Shown here: positions 48,302-57,827 of the stretch, piece by piece
How positions within the stretch are numbered: the stretch's first letter is position 1
Layout of the letters: each line of letters begins with the position of its first letter
From: Dehalococcoidia bacterium
GTDB taxonomy: Bacteria > Chloroflexota > Dehalococcoidia > Lucifugimonadales > JAAXIE01
DNA length: 64,000 nt
NCBI GenBank assembly: GCA_965197805.1
Contig: OZ240229.1
Location: forward strand, 2,309,039-2,373,038
Direction of reading: 5' to 3'
Program-made: the position numbers and the translations under genes
The notes under the pieces: model-generated
What the model saw: the letters and a program-made list of their open reading frames with translations, nothing else
Databases searched by the model: none
What the model was told of the DNA's origin: nothing

Positions 48302-48958
48302 GTGACGGAATCGTTCTCCGAGCAGCTACGCCAAGAGGCCGGACCCATATGGGAGGAGATTTTCCGCAACCCCTTCCTGCGTGAGATAAACGACGCGGCC
48401 TTGCCCTTGGAGAAGTTCCGCTACTACCTCACTCAAGACTACCTGTATCTAGAAGGGTTCGCCCGCTCCGTAGCCTTGGCTCTTGCCAAAGCCCCTGACT
48501 CCGCCAGCCTGGAATCCCTCGCCCACCGGGTTCTCACGCCTGTTGAACGTACCCTGCACCACCGACTGATGGACGCCGCCGGGCTCAGTTTGGAAGAGCT
48601 GCTGGCCGCGAGTCCGTCCCCCACCAACCTAGCCTACATCAACCACATGGTACGCACCGCCTCCGAAGAGGGGCTTGGAGCCACCGCCGCCGCCCTGCTG
48701 CCCTGTCCTTGGACGTACCATCTGCTGGGAGAACGCCTGAACACCCCAGCGCACCCGGTCTACAGCCTGTGGACCTCCTTCTACACTGAAGGCGGGCTGG
48801 AGAACAGCGTCGCAGCCTGGCGCTCCTACGTCGACACCGAAGCCGCCCAAGCAGGCCCCCGCGAACGCGACTCCATGCGTCGAGCCTTCATCACAAGCAG
48901 CCGCTACGAGTGGATGTTCTGGAGCATGGCCTACCACATGGAGGCGTGGCCGGTGTAA
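48302..48958 (+). CDS. tenA: TenA-family aminopyrimidine aminohydrolase (thiaminase II)
   Basis: 218 aa with a GTG start. NPFLREINDAALPLEKFRYYLTQDYLYLEGFAR is present. Confidence 0.8.
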   Translation: MTESFSEQLRQEAGPIWEEIFRNPFLREINDAALPLEKFRYYLTQDYLYLEGFARSVALALAKAPDSASLESLAHRVLTPVERTLHHRLMDAAGLSLEELLAASPSPTNLAYINHMVRTASEEGLGATAAALLPCPWTYHLLGERLNTPAHPVYSLWTSFYTEGGLENSVAAWRSYVDTEAAQAGPRERDSMRRAFITSSRYEWMFWSMAYHMEAWPV

Positions 48959-49448
48959 GGGCATGCTCTGCACACTACATGATTGGCAGCCGGCGGCCTA
49001 CCGCGTAAACGGCCTCTCCATCATTGCCATGAAACCAGCCTCGCGAGCCTGAGCGATCAGTCGCTCCCGTCATTGCTATGAAAATAGCGGTTGCACACAC
49101 CCACAAGGCACTCACTTCATCCGTTCGCCCTGAAGTGGGATGGCGCGCGGGTAGCGCGTCGTCCCACGCAGTCGAAGGGCGGGACGCTGGCAAGCAAGAC
49201 GTCCAGCTCAGGCGGCTGCCCATCCTTCGACTTCGCTCAGGACGAACGTGGAGAAATTTCCAACTCTTACGTGGGCCCCCACCAAGGCCATGAGCAATTC
49301 CCGGGGAGGCGGGAATGACGGCCCGGACTACAAGACAAATCCGCGTCCCACAGGGCGTGACCCATGCTCATTCTCATAAGTGGTTCTCATGGGGCCACAT
49401 GGCGAATTGCTATTGAAATGGGACCAAGGAGCCCGCCGAAACGAGAAT

Positions 49449-49520
49449 CCCTCTCCCTTGGGAGGGCAGGTTAGGACCGAGAATCCCTTCCCCCTCAGGG
49501 GGAAGGTTAGGATGGGGGTG
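49449..49520. repeat. Two adjacent REP-like hairpins (types B-like and A)
   Basis: CCCTCTCCCTTGGGAGGGCAGGTTAGGAC is followed by CCCTTCCCCCTCAGGGGGAAGGTTAGGATGGGGGTG. Confidence 0.75.
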
Positions 49521-49624
49521 AACGGTCAATCGAAACCGCCCCTTCCCGCACCCCGCTACAAGGATGACCGTGGCCTAACCGCTGGTCCCGCAGCCTATCG
49601 ATGGAAACGGCAAGTTGACGATGC

Positions 49625-51065
49625 CTACTCCGCGAACTCAGGCGACCCCAACAGTGCCTTCGCTACAAGGAACGCCTTGCCCAAGAGTTCGGGCTGCACG
49701 AACTCCAACCGGTCGTTCGGCGTGTGAATTCGGCTGACATCGGGGCCGTACATCAATAGCACCGGCACGCCGACGCTCTCGAACGGCTGGTGGTCGCTGG
49801 AAGCACCCGGCGGCAATGGCTGGGGTTGTGCCTCCACTTCCAAGTCTGCGGCTATCTTCAGGGCGAGATCAGCGAGTTCTGCTTCCCCTGTCACTACCAG
49901 CCACGGGCCGGACGCCAGTACGTCAAAGTTCAGCATCGCCTTTATGTGACCCAGGTCGGCTTCGCTCAATGACGAGACGTGGTAGTTGCTGCCGTACAAC
50001 CCTAGCTCTTCAGCTCCGAAGAAAATGAACTATACAGAGAAGGGCAGTGACTGCCCGGCGAGGGATTCCGCCAGAGCTAGCACTAAGGCAGTGCCCGATG
50101 TGTTGTCGTTGGCCCCAGCCTCCGTCTGCGGAACAACGTCGTAGTGGCCCCCCACAACAACAAGGGCATCTCCGCTGCCCGCCAACTCGGCGACCACATT
50201 GCGAGACTCCAATTCCTCGGTGTCTATCCTTACTGACAGGGTTACTTCACCCTGTTGCGACATAGCGCTGAGCTGTTCACCAATCTCCGCTTGAACAAGG
50301 ATTAGCGCCTGAATCGCGGACTCCACTAGGAATAGCGGGCGGTATGCATCCAGACCCCCCCGGCTGTATCAAGGCGATCTTGCCGGACAGTCCCTCTGGA
50401 GGCAGGTCCTCACTGTCTCCCGGTCCCACCGCAACGAGGGGGCCGGACTTGCTTCCTCCAGCAGGCGTTGTGGTCAGAATCAGGCCGGGCACTTGCGCTT
50501 GCATGGGCGACTCGATAACAACCTGCGTGTTTCCTCCGCCGGTCTGGATGCTCTGGGCAAAATAGGCGAGATCAAAAAGCTCAAGCGTGAAAGACTGAAT
50601 TTCCGCCGAGTAGCCCATCGCATCCAGACGTTCTTTCAGGTGGTCGGCAGCCCGGAGTTCCTCGACGGTACCTGCTTCCCTGTGGCCCAACTGATTCACC
50701 AGTTCCTCCACCAAGCCGAACACTCGCTCCGAAGCTTCCGAAACTTCGCTCTGAACAGCAGTCGTTGCTTCGGGAGTCTGCGGTGTGGCTGTAGCCGCTG
50801 GAGTTGGCGTAGGTATAGCCGCCGGAGCCAGCGTAGCTGTCGGAGCCAAGGTTGCCGTGGGCGGAGTCGTTTGGGCCGGTGGCTCTGGAGTTGAGGGAGA
50901 GGCAACAACTGTGGCCGCCGGTGTGACGGCTTCCGTTGTCGGCGCTGCCGTGGATGTCGCATCGGAACAGGCAACGAAAACAGAGATTGCTAGGAGGGCG
51001 AAAAAGAGGCCGAGCAGCCGTACCGCTGCATGAAGTTGGACAGCTCTAGTAGCTCTTCGGATCAT
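49625..51065 (-). pseudogene. M28-family aminopeptidase, disrupted (one frameshift plus one in-frame TAG)
   Basis: Three ORF fragments (50277..51065, 50030..50326, 49625..49999) concatenate to a signal/Thr-Pro-rich linker, a PA-like region, HYDVVPQTEAGANDNTSG, and FFGAEELGLYGS. The frame shifts at the C7/G7 run at 50355-50361. The TAG is at 50030-50032. Confidence 0.7.
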
Positions 51066-51270
51066 GGTGCCTGTTCCTCCCAGTGAGGTCTCAGTTTAGT
51101 TTCCATTCCGCCCAGTTCATTTCCCTTGCTGCGGCGCTTAGCAGACAGCGGCAGACGGATGCGGTAATAAAGGTGTCTGGCACACTACATCGGACGGGTC
51201 AAGGAGAACCTATCCAGTGGGAGGAGGGCGGAAGGGATAGTGCCGAGTCAATGGCCCCACGATAACTCCG

Positions 51271-52192
51271 CTACCCGCCTGAAGGAGACCTTTGATTAAC
51301 CGGTGAGTTTCTCACGAGACGGTGGTATAGGGGCCGCTGAGGCTCTTCCCAATGGGCGTTGCCCCGTGAAAGGGCACAGGCTACAGCCCCAAAACCCTGT
51401 CTTCGGGAGAATACTGCCTCCCGTCTCTCGTCCCCTATGCACACTGCCCCTAGGCCGAACCATGCCGAATCCGGGCAGCTCTCCTCAGGTTGTAGGCCAT
51501 CAGCTTGAACCACATCTCCTAGGCGTTGCGCTTAGTCCCACGGTATCGCACCCGTTGGTAGCCATAGCTGCGCTTCAGCGTCCCGAACACCTTCTCCACC
51601 TTCGACCGTATCGGCGATATCAACTCATTGCGACGCTGCTGCCAGTGAGACAGCACTGGCTGGTGCTTGTTGGCCCGATCGGGGTCGTTAGGACTCTTGG
51701 CCCCGCGTCCCTTGTCCAGAGGCGGGCGTCGTACTTGGGCCTGTACCAGTGTGGCGTCCATCAGTGTCCCACGCTTCAACACCATCCCCTGCTCCTCAAG
51801 CTGCCTCTCCAATTCCGCGAATAGCTGGCCACTCAGCTCCTCTCCCAATGCGGTGCGGAACCGGCTGATGGTGGAGTAGTCTGGCGCGTCCTTTTGGAAT
51901 CCCAATCCCACGAAGCGACGAAAGGCCATCCGGTCGTTCAATGCCTCTTCCATCTGAGGGTCGGAGAGGTTGTACCACTGCTCCAGCAACAACACCCTTG
52001 ACCATCATCGGGGACCATCATCAGGGGTGGATAGCTGGGTCTGCCTTCCTTGGCCGAGTAGACCCCTTCTACCAGCTCCTCCAGCCTGTCCCACTCCACC
52101 GCCCGGTCGATTCGCTCCAATCTCTGGTTTTGCCCCAGCTTCGCTGACACCAAAGTCTCCGCCAATGATCCCTGGCCCATCTCCCTATGCAT
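51271..52192 (-). mobile_element. Degraded IS5-family transposase remnant
   Basis: The fragments AKEGRPSYPPLMMV, LLLEQWYNLSDPQMEEALNDRMAFRRFVGL, ...SKVEKVFGTLKRSYGYQRVRYRGTKRNA*EMWFKLMAYNLRR match the IS5 transposase N- and C-termini. The DDE core is missing, and there are frameshifts and an in-frame TAG. Confidence 0.7.
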
Positions 52193-52254
52193 GCTCCCTC
52201 TCCCTTACTTCACTCCCTCGATTGTCGGAGCAAATCAGAAGTTATGCAAAGGTC

Positions 52255-52400
52255 TCCGTAGGCGGGAATGACGAAAGGGGGCAGGCTCTGCGCGGGAACG
52301 ACGGGTCGGTGGTGAGGGTACGTTGTTAGAAGCTAGTAACTTGGGGTGAGGGTCCGGGTTGCGTGGGTTCCCGCCTTCGCGGGAACGACGGAAGGGGCAG
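52255..52400. repeat. Cluster of type C REP-like hairpins
   Basis: GGCGGGAATGACG, GCGCGGGAACGACGG and GTTCCCGCCTTCGCGGGAACGACG, with repeated GGGGCAGGCTCTGCGCGGG modules. Confidence 0.6.
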
Positions 52401-52457
52401 GCTCTGCGCGGGGAAGGGGGGCGTACTGGGGTTCTTTCGCTGTAGTATGATTGATGT

Positions 52458-53711
52458 ATGAGGTACGGCGCGGCGGCGATAATGGCGGGGCTCTGCCTCG
52501 TGGCGGTGGTGCTTGGAGGGTGCGGAGGAACTAGCGTGGCCGACGAGAGCTCCTTGCCTGCGCAGACTGGTGGCGCGGCGGAGAGTGACGCTGCGTCGAC
52601 GGGCTCCCCTGCTGCATCGGCGGCGACCTCCGGGGAACGGACAAGGGCACCTGCGTCGACCACGGCGGAGGCTACCAACTCCGCCAGCACTCCTTCAACC
52701 GCACAGCCTGATACCGCGGCGTCAACGACTGATGATCGAGTTATAGAAGAAGAGGAGAGCGAGTACGAAATCCATACCATTATTGCGCGGGACAGGATTC
52801 CGGCGATTCTGGACCCGGAGTTTCTTGGTGCGGGCGAGGCTATCGAGGCCTATAACGAGCATGAGCAGGTGCTGGGGTTGTCCATAAATGGCGACCATCG
52901 CGCCTATCCCATCCCCTACCTGAGCCAGCACGAGATCGTGAATGATGTTGTTGGAGGCGAGCCTGTCGCCGTAACCTGGTGACCGCTGTGTTATTCCGGC
53001 ATCGTGTATGCCGCTGAAAACCAGGAGCAGCACCTCACGTTTGGTGTTTCGGGCAAGCTGATAATGAACGCGCTGGTGATGTACGACCACCAGACGGATA
53101 CCCTGTGGAGCCACTTCACCGGCGATGCCGTAAAGGGTCCCCTGAAAGGGGAGAAGCTACAGATTCTGTCAGCTTTGCATACGACGTGGGGGCAATGGCT
53201 GGCGCTGCATCCCGATACGGTGGCCTTGGACAAGTTCGGATACGGCAGCAGAGACGGTTACGCCTCCTACTATGATAGTGAACAGACTGGGATCATAAGC
53301 GAGACGCGCAAGGATGACCGCGTCGCCCCGAAGACGCTGGTAGCTGCTGTCTCCATAGGCGACCAACACCGGGCTTACTCAGTGGGAGACCTGCGAGAAT
53401 ATACGGTGGTGAATGATACTCTGGCTGACGTGCCCCTGTTGGTGGTCCATCATGCCGGATCTGCCACCAGCGCCATCTTCGAACGGGAAGTGGATGGAAT
53501 GCTGCTGGAGTTTACCGGGCTACCGGTGGAATGGGCGGATGCTCCGCTGGTTGTGGACCAAGAGGGTACTACGTGGCACGGCTTGAGCGGGATGGCTCTA
53601 GAGGGGCCTCGGGCCGGGGAGCAACTCAGGCGGATGCAGACGCACTACTCCTTCTGGTTCGCTTGGAAGGACTGGCGCCCTGAGACGGATGTGTGGGTGC
53701 CCGAGGGGTGA
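52458..53711 (+). CDS. DUF3179-family lipoprotein with one in-frame TGA (candidate Sec codon) at 52980-52982
   Basis: The same-frame ORFs 52458..52982 and 53004..53711 join as ...GGEPVAVTW[TGA]PLCYSGIVYAAENQ...FGVSGKLIMNALVMYDHQTDTLWSHFTG. The N-terminus has a signal peptide with an LGGC lipobox. There are no other lesions. Confidence 0.7.
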
Positions 53712-53985
53712 GGGTTTCTCGCTGGTCTGGGTTCCACCTTAGCTAGGGAAGGCCATGGCTACGGTGGTTGCGGCGAAGGCAAGAGCGGGAGTGGTGATCA
53801 GAGTGGCGGCTCCCTTTACTGGGCTTTCCACCCCCATCCCAACCTTCCCCCTGAGGGGGAAGGGGCGGGCAAGGGCGAGTTTTGGGACAGGATAAGGACT
53901 TCTGGAACAGATGGGTTAGGGACAGCGGCTCGCGTTTCGCCTGGCGCTCGCCCTGCAACCGGGACGGAGGCATGTCGGCCCCGGC

Positions 53986-54393
53986 TTAGCTTGCCTGAGT
54001 GGAATACCACGCGCAGAGACTATCGGCCTCCGCTTTGGGCGGGAGGCTGTAGTCACCCGTCATCACAGCTGCCATGAGAATGATGGTCGCGCAGTCCTCA
54101 TCGGGCGTCGTCTGCATTGAAGGGTGCACCAACATCGCACTAGTGAAATCCTCAACCCAAGCATCGTCGTCAAGGTACGCTTGGTAGGCCGGGTGGGCCA
54201 ACATCGCATCTACCATCTTGGCGACGGTAGAGTCACGCAACTCCGTAGGCGTCCCGGCTTGTCGCTCCATCATGCGGTCAACGAGATGCTCAATCGTCTC
54301 GTCGCTTAGATTGCCCTGAACACGCTCCATGAGCCCTACGCCCACCAAGATGCCGACTCCGACCAGAACGGCTCCGACGATCCAATTCTTCAT
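53986..54393 (-). CDS. Hypothetical membrane-anchored protein
   Basis: 135 aa with an N-terminal TM (WIVGAVLVGVGILVGVGL). A GGGAGA RBS and a TATACT -10-like box lie upstream. No homolog recognised. Confidence 0.45.
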   Translation of the reverse strand: MKNWIVGAVLVGVGILVGVGLMERVQGNLSDETIEHLVDRMMERQAGTPTELRDSTVAKMVDAMLAHPAYQAYLDDDAWVEDFTSAMLVHPSMQTTPDEDCATIILMAAVMTGDYSLPPKAEADSLCAWYSTQAS

Positions 54394-54699
54394 GTCATTC
54401 TCCCAAATCGATGCCGCGCTGAAGTATAAGCTAGCGGGGCTGCCACCAGACCAGTGTTGTGCTACTCGGCCCCGTGCAGCCTGGTCGCAATTGTATCCCT
54501 CTTAGCCTCAGCGCCCGCGACCACCGGGCAATGGCCTTACGGTTTCTTAACCACGCTACAGGGTCCTCTCACCCCCACCCAACGACGGTGCACCGGGCGC
54601 ACCACTGGTGATGCCATTTTCACCGGATACCAGCAAGCCGGTGTTGCACCCTTTCGGAGCAACACTAACGACTTTGGAACAACCCGACCTTTTGGACCC

Positions 54700-55740
54700 A
54701 TGTTCAACCTTCCCCCTGGGGTAAGGGGTCTTCTCTAAGAAGGAATCCGGGAGTGGTGCTCAGGGGGGCGGCTCCCTTTAACTGGCTTTTTCACCCCCAT
54801 CCCAACCTTCCCCCTGAGGGGGAAGGCGTCGGGCAAGGGCCTTCCTTCGAAGGGGGGTCTTCTCTACGAAGGAATCCGGGAGTGGTGCTCAGGGTGGCGG
54901 CTCCCTTTGCTGGCTTTTTCACCCCCATCCCAACCTTCCCCCGAGGGGGAAGGCGGATGCAGACGCACTACTCCTTCTGGTTCGCTTGGAAGGACTGGCG
55001 ACCTGAGACGGATGTGTGGGTGCCCGAGGAGGGGTGAGGGTTTCTCACTGGTCCGACCGCCGCCTTAGCTAGGGAAGCCATGGCCGCGCTGGTTGCGGCG
55101 AAGGCAGGAATCCGGGAGTTGTGTTCAGGGTGGCGGCTCCCTTTGCTGGCTTTTTCACCCCCATCCCAACCTTCCCCCGAGGGGGAAGGCGGATGCAGAC
55201 GCACTACTCCTTCTGGTTCGCTTGGAAGGACTGGCGACCTGAGACGGATGTGTGGGTGCCCGAGGAGGGGTGAGGGTTTCTCACTGGTCCGACCGCCGCC
55301 TTAGCTAGGGAAGCCATGGCCGCGCTGGTTGCGGCGAAGGCAGGAATCCGGGAGTTGTGTTCAGGGTGGCGGCTCCCTTTGCTGGCTTTTCCACCCCCAT
55401 CCCAACCTTCCCCCTGAGGGGGAAGGGGTCGGGCAAGGGCCCACCCGTCGAGGGGGGTCTTCTCTAAGAAGGAATCCGGGAGTGGTACTCAGGGGGGCGG
55501 CTCCCTTTACTGGCTTTCCACCCCCATCCCAACCTTCCCCCTGAGGGGGAAGGGGTCGAGCAAGGGCTTCCTGTCGAGGGGGATCTAAGAAGGGATCCGG
55601 GAGTGGTGTTCAGGGTGGCGGCTCCCTTTACTGGCTTTTCCACCCCCATCCCAACCCTCCCCCTGAGGGGGAAGGGGTCGGGCATGGGCCTTCCTTCAAA
55701 AGGAGTCTTCTCTAAGAAGACGAAAGGCGGTCCTTCTTGT
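54700..55740. repeat. Tandem array of 120-128 bp REP-like units (type A hairpin CCTTCCCCCTGAGGGGGAAGG), including two 236 bp units that carry a copy of the DUF3179 gene 3' end
   Basis: Core CACCCCCATCCCAACCTTCCCCCTGAGGGGGAAGG is found at 53829, 54792, 54920, 55156, 55392, 55519 and 55641. The gene-tail copy GGCGGATGCAGACGCACTACTCC... is found at 53638, 54952 and 55188. Confidence 0.85.
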
Positions 55741-55766
55741 CCTTCTGGGGCTCTGATCTTCCCAGC

Positions 55767-57455
55767 CTAGTAGGAGAGGGTGGCGCGGTGGGGGCGCATT
55801 TTTCCGCCGGGGCCGGGGAAGGGTGCGCGGGGGTCCAGCTTGACGTTGATGCAGGCGGCTTTACCGGAATCGAAGGCCCGTTGCATCGCTGGTTGGATGT
55901 CTTCGGGGCGCTCAACGTACTCGGCGTGACCACCGAAGGCGGTGATTACGCGCTCGTAGTGGATATCCTCAAGGTACATCATGACCCGCTCGGGGTGGTC
56001 TGGCATGTTGGCATCCTGAATCGTTGCGCCGGATATGCCGTCGTTGTTGGCGATGAGATACACCACAGGGATGTTATGTCGCAGGGCCGTTTCCATCTCC
56101 ATGGCGCTGAAGCCGAAGGCGCAGTCCCCGATTATGCCGACGACGGGCTTGTCGGGCCGTGCCAGCTTTGCGCCTAGGGCGAAGGGTACGCCCACGCCCA
56201 TGCAGCCGTTGGAGCCGGAGTTGAGGCGGGTGGCAGGCTCGTAGGAGGGTATTACTTGGCGTCCTGCGCCTAGGATGATGTTGCCGTCCACGACCACGGT
56301 GGTGTCGCGTGGGATGAAGTCTTTGATTTCCTTGAGCATGCGGTGCGGTGTCATGGGAATCTGGTCGGCTTCCACGTAGAAATTCTCCAGGCCGGACTCG
56401 TTCTCCGACCGCTTCTCCTGTAGGCCAGTGACCCAAGGGGACTCGGCGGCCCGCTCTGCCACGCCGCCAGTGCGACCTTCCATCTCGCCCAACAGCTGTC
56501 TCAGAACCGATCTCACGTCGCCGACGAGGCCCACGGTGGGCTGCCGGTTGAGGCCGATCTCTGTGGGGTCGATGTCAATCTGGATAATCTTGGTGTCCGG
56601 TCCCAGTTCCGTGCCCAAGCGGAAGGTCCAGTTGAGGCGCGTACCCACCAGCAGCACGACGTCGGCGCCACGCTGAGCCATAGACCGGGCGGCGCCGAAG
56701 CAGAGGGGATGATCGTCGGGTATGTACCCTCGCCCCATTGGGGACGTGAGGAAGGGCATTCCCAAGCTCTCTGCCAACTCCTTCAATTCGGCAAAGGGCT
56801 CAGACCAGCGTACGCCCTTGCCCACGATCATCAGAGGGGACTCGGCTCCCAGCAGAAGCTCTGCGGCTTCCTTCACCAGTTCGGGGTCGCCTCCGGGGCG
56901 AGCGGGGCCCTCATAGGGGTGAGGCAGGGATATCTTCTCTTCATCGGTCTGCGAGAGCAGCACATCTTGCGGGAGGTCGAGGAAGACCGGGCCAGGGCGG
57001 CCCGATGTGGCGGTGCGTACAGCGCGGGCTAGGAAGTCGGGGATTCGGGTAGCCCGGTCCACAGCCTCGGACCACTTGGTCAATGGGCGGAAGATAGGCA
57101 CACCATCCAGTTCTTGGAAGGAGCCGAGGTCACGCGTGCCAAGGGCGCTACGCCCTCCAAGCACGAGAAGGGGCCAGCAGTTGTCCTTGGCGACCAGCAT
57201 GCCGGTGGCGGCGTTGCTGACACCGGGACCCGACGCCAGTATGGGCACGCATACCAGCTTGCCCGCGCAGTAATTTTGAGCGGCGGCCATCATGACAGCC
57301 GACTGCTCGTTGCGCATCCCGATGGGGCGGATGCCCTCCTCGCCACAGGCTGCTATGGTCTCCAGCACCGGGCCTCCAGGCACGCTGCACACATGGGTGA
57401 CCCCCAGCCTTTTCAGGGACTTGGCTACGATGCTGTACCCTGCTATATCTGCCAT
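55767..57455 (-). CDS. Thiamine-diphosphate enzyme, oxalyl-CoA decarboxylase / 2-hydroxyacyl-CoA lyase-like
   Basis: 562 aa. GSFQELDGVPIFRPLTKW and ARAVRTATSGRPGPVFLDLP resemble OXC/HACL, and the GDCAFGFSAMEMETA TPP motif is present. Confidence 0.8.
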   Translation of the reverse strand: MADIAGYSIVAKSLKRLGVTHVCSVPGGPVLETIAACGEEGIRPIGMRNEQSAVMMAAAQNYCAGKLVCVPILASGPGVSNAATGMLVAKDNCWPLLVLGGRSALGTRDLGSFQELDGVPIFRPLTKWSEAVDRATRIPDFLARAVRTATSGRPGPVFLDLPQDVLLSQTDEEKISLPHPYEGPARPGGDPELVKEAAELLLGAESPLMIVGKGVRWSEPFAELKELAESLGMPFLTSPMGRGYIPDDHPLCFGAARSMAQRGADVVLLVGTRLNWTFRLGTELGPDTKIIQIDIDPTEIGLNRQPTVGLVGDVRSVLRQLLGEMEGRTGGVAERAAESPWVTGLQEKRSENESGLENFYVEADQIPMTPHRMLKEIKDFIPRDTTVVVDGNIILGAGRQVIPSYEPATRLNSGSNGCMGVGVPFALGAKLARPDKPVVGIIGDCAFGFSAMEMETALRHNIPVVYLIANNDGISGATIQDANMPDHPERVMMYLEDIHYERVITAFGGHAEYVERPEDIQPAMQRAFDSGKAACINVKLDPRAPFPGPGGKMRPHRATLSY

Positions 57456-57620
57456 CAGCTACCTCTCGCTCGTTGTCTCGTATTCAGGTCGTATCGGGCG
57501 CGATTCTACCCTTTGCCACGTTGGGCTGCAATGATGTCGGAGAGCCGCTGCACGCATGCTTCTGACTCTTGAGGGTGACTCTTGAGGGGCGGCCCATTTG
57601 GGCCATGCTATGATGAGGCT

Positions 57621-57827
57621 GTGAATGGTCGGCAGTTTGTTCGACGGGCGCAGCGGTACGCTCGGAGACATGGTTTGGAGTTCGCTTTTGACCCCGTTCG
57701 CGGCAAGGGCAGCCATGGTGAAGTCTATGTGGGCGAGTTTCATACAGTCGTCCAGCACGGCGAGATTCAACCCGGCACCTTCCACAACATGCTGAGGGAC
57801 TTGCGTATTGACAGAAGGGAGTTCTAG
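57621..57827 (+). CDS. hicA: HicA-family toxin (mRNA interferase)
   Basis: ORF 57582..57827; the likely start is GTG at 57621. RRHGLEFAFDPVRGKGSHGEVYVG...IQPGTFHNMLRDLRI is the HicA pattern. Its stop abuts the hicB ATG. Confidence 0.7.
   Translation: MNGRQFVRRAQRYARRHGLEFAFDPVRGKGSHGEVYVGEFHTVVQHGEIQPGTFHNMLRDLRIDRREF

Noticed and set aside
50030-51521. Two in-frame TAG codons (M28 peptidase at 50030-50032, IS5 transposase at 51519-51521) could indicate pyrrolysine or stop-codon recoding.
   Set aside because: Both genes carry additional independent lesions: a frameshift in one, and a core deletion plus frameshifts in the other. No pyl genes are visible, and ordinary genes in the window terminate normally at TAG. 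Simple pseudogenisation is the economical explanation.
54454-54740. The ORF 54454..54738 and nearby hairpins (GTGTTGC...GCAACAC and GGTGC...GCACC) could be a gene or ncRNA.
   Set aside because: The ORF translation is compositionally odd with no RBS or motif, and it runs into a REP unit. The hairpins are short and isolated. The evidence is insufficient to call either.
54700-55740. The repeat array initially looked like a possible CRISPR locus.
   Set aside because: The units are 120-128 bp (or 236 bp) and directly abut one another. There are no unique spacers of regular length, no cas genes in the window, and the same element occurs singly elsewhere (35.67 and 49.49 kb). It is a REP/MITE-like tandem array, not a CRISPR.
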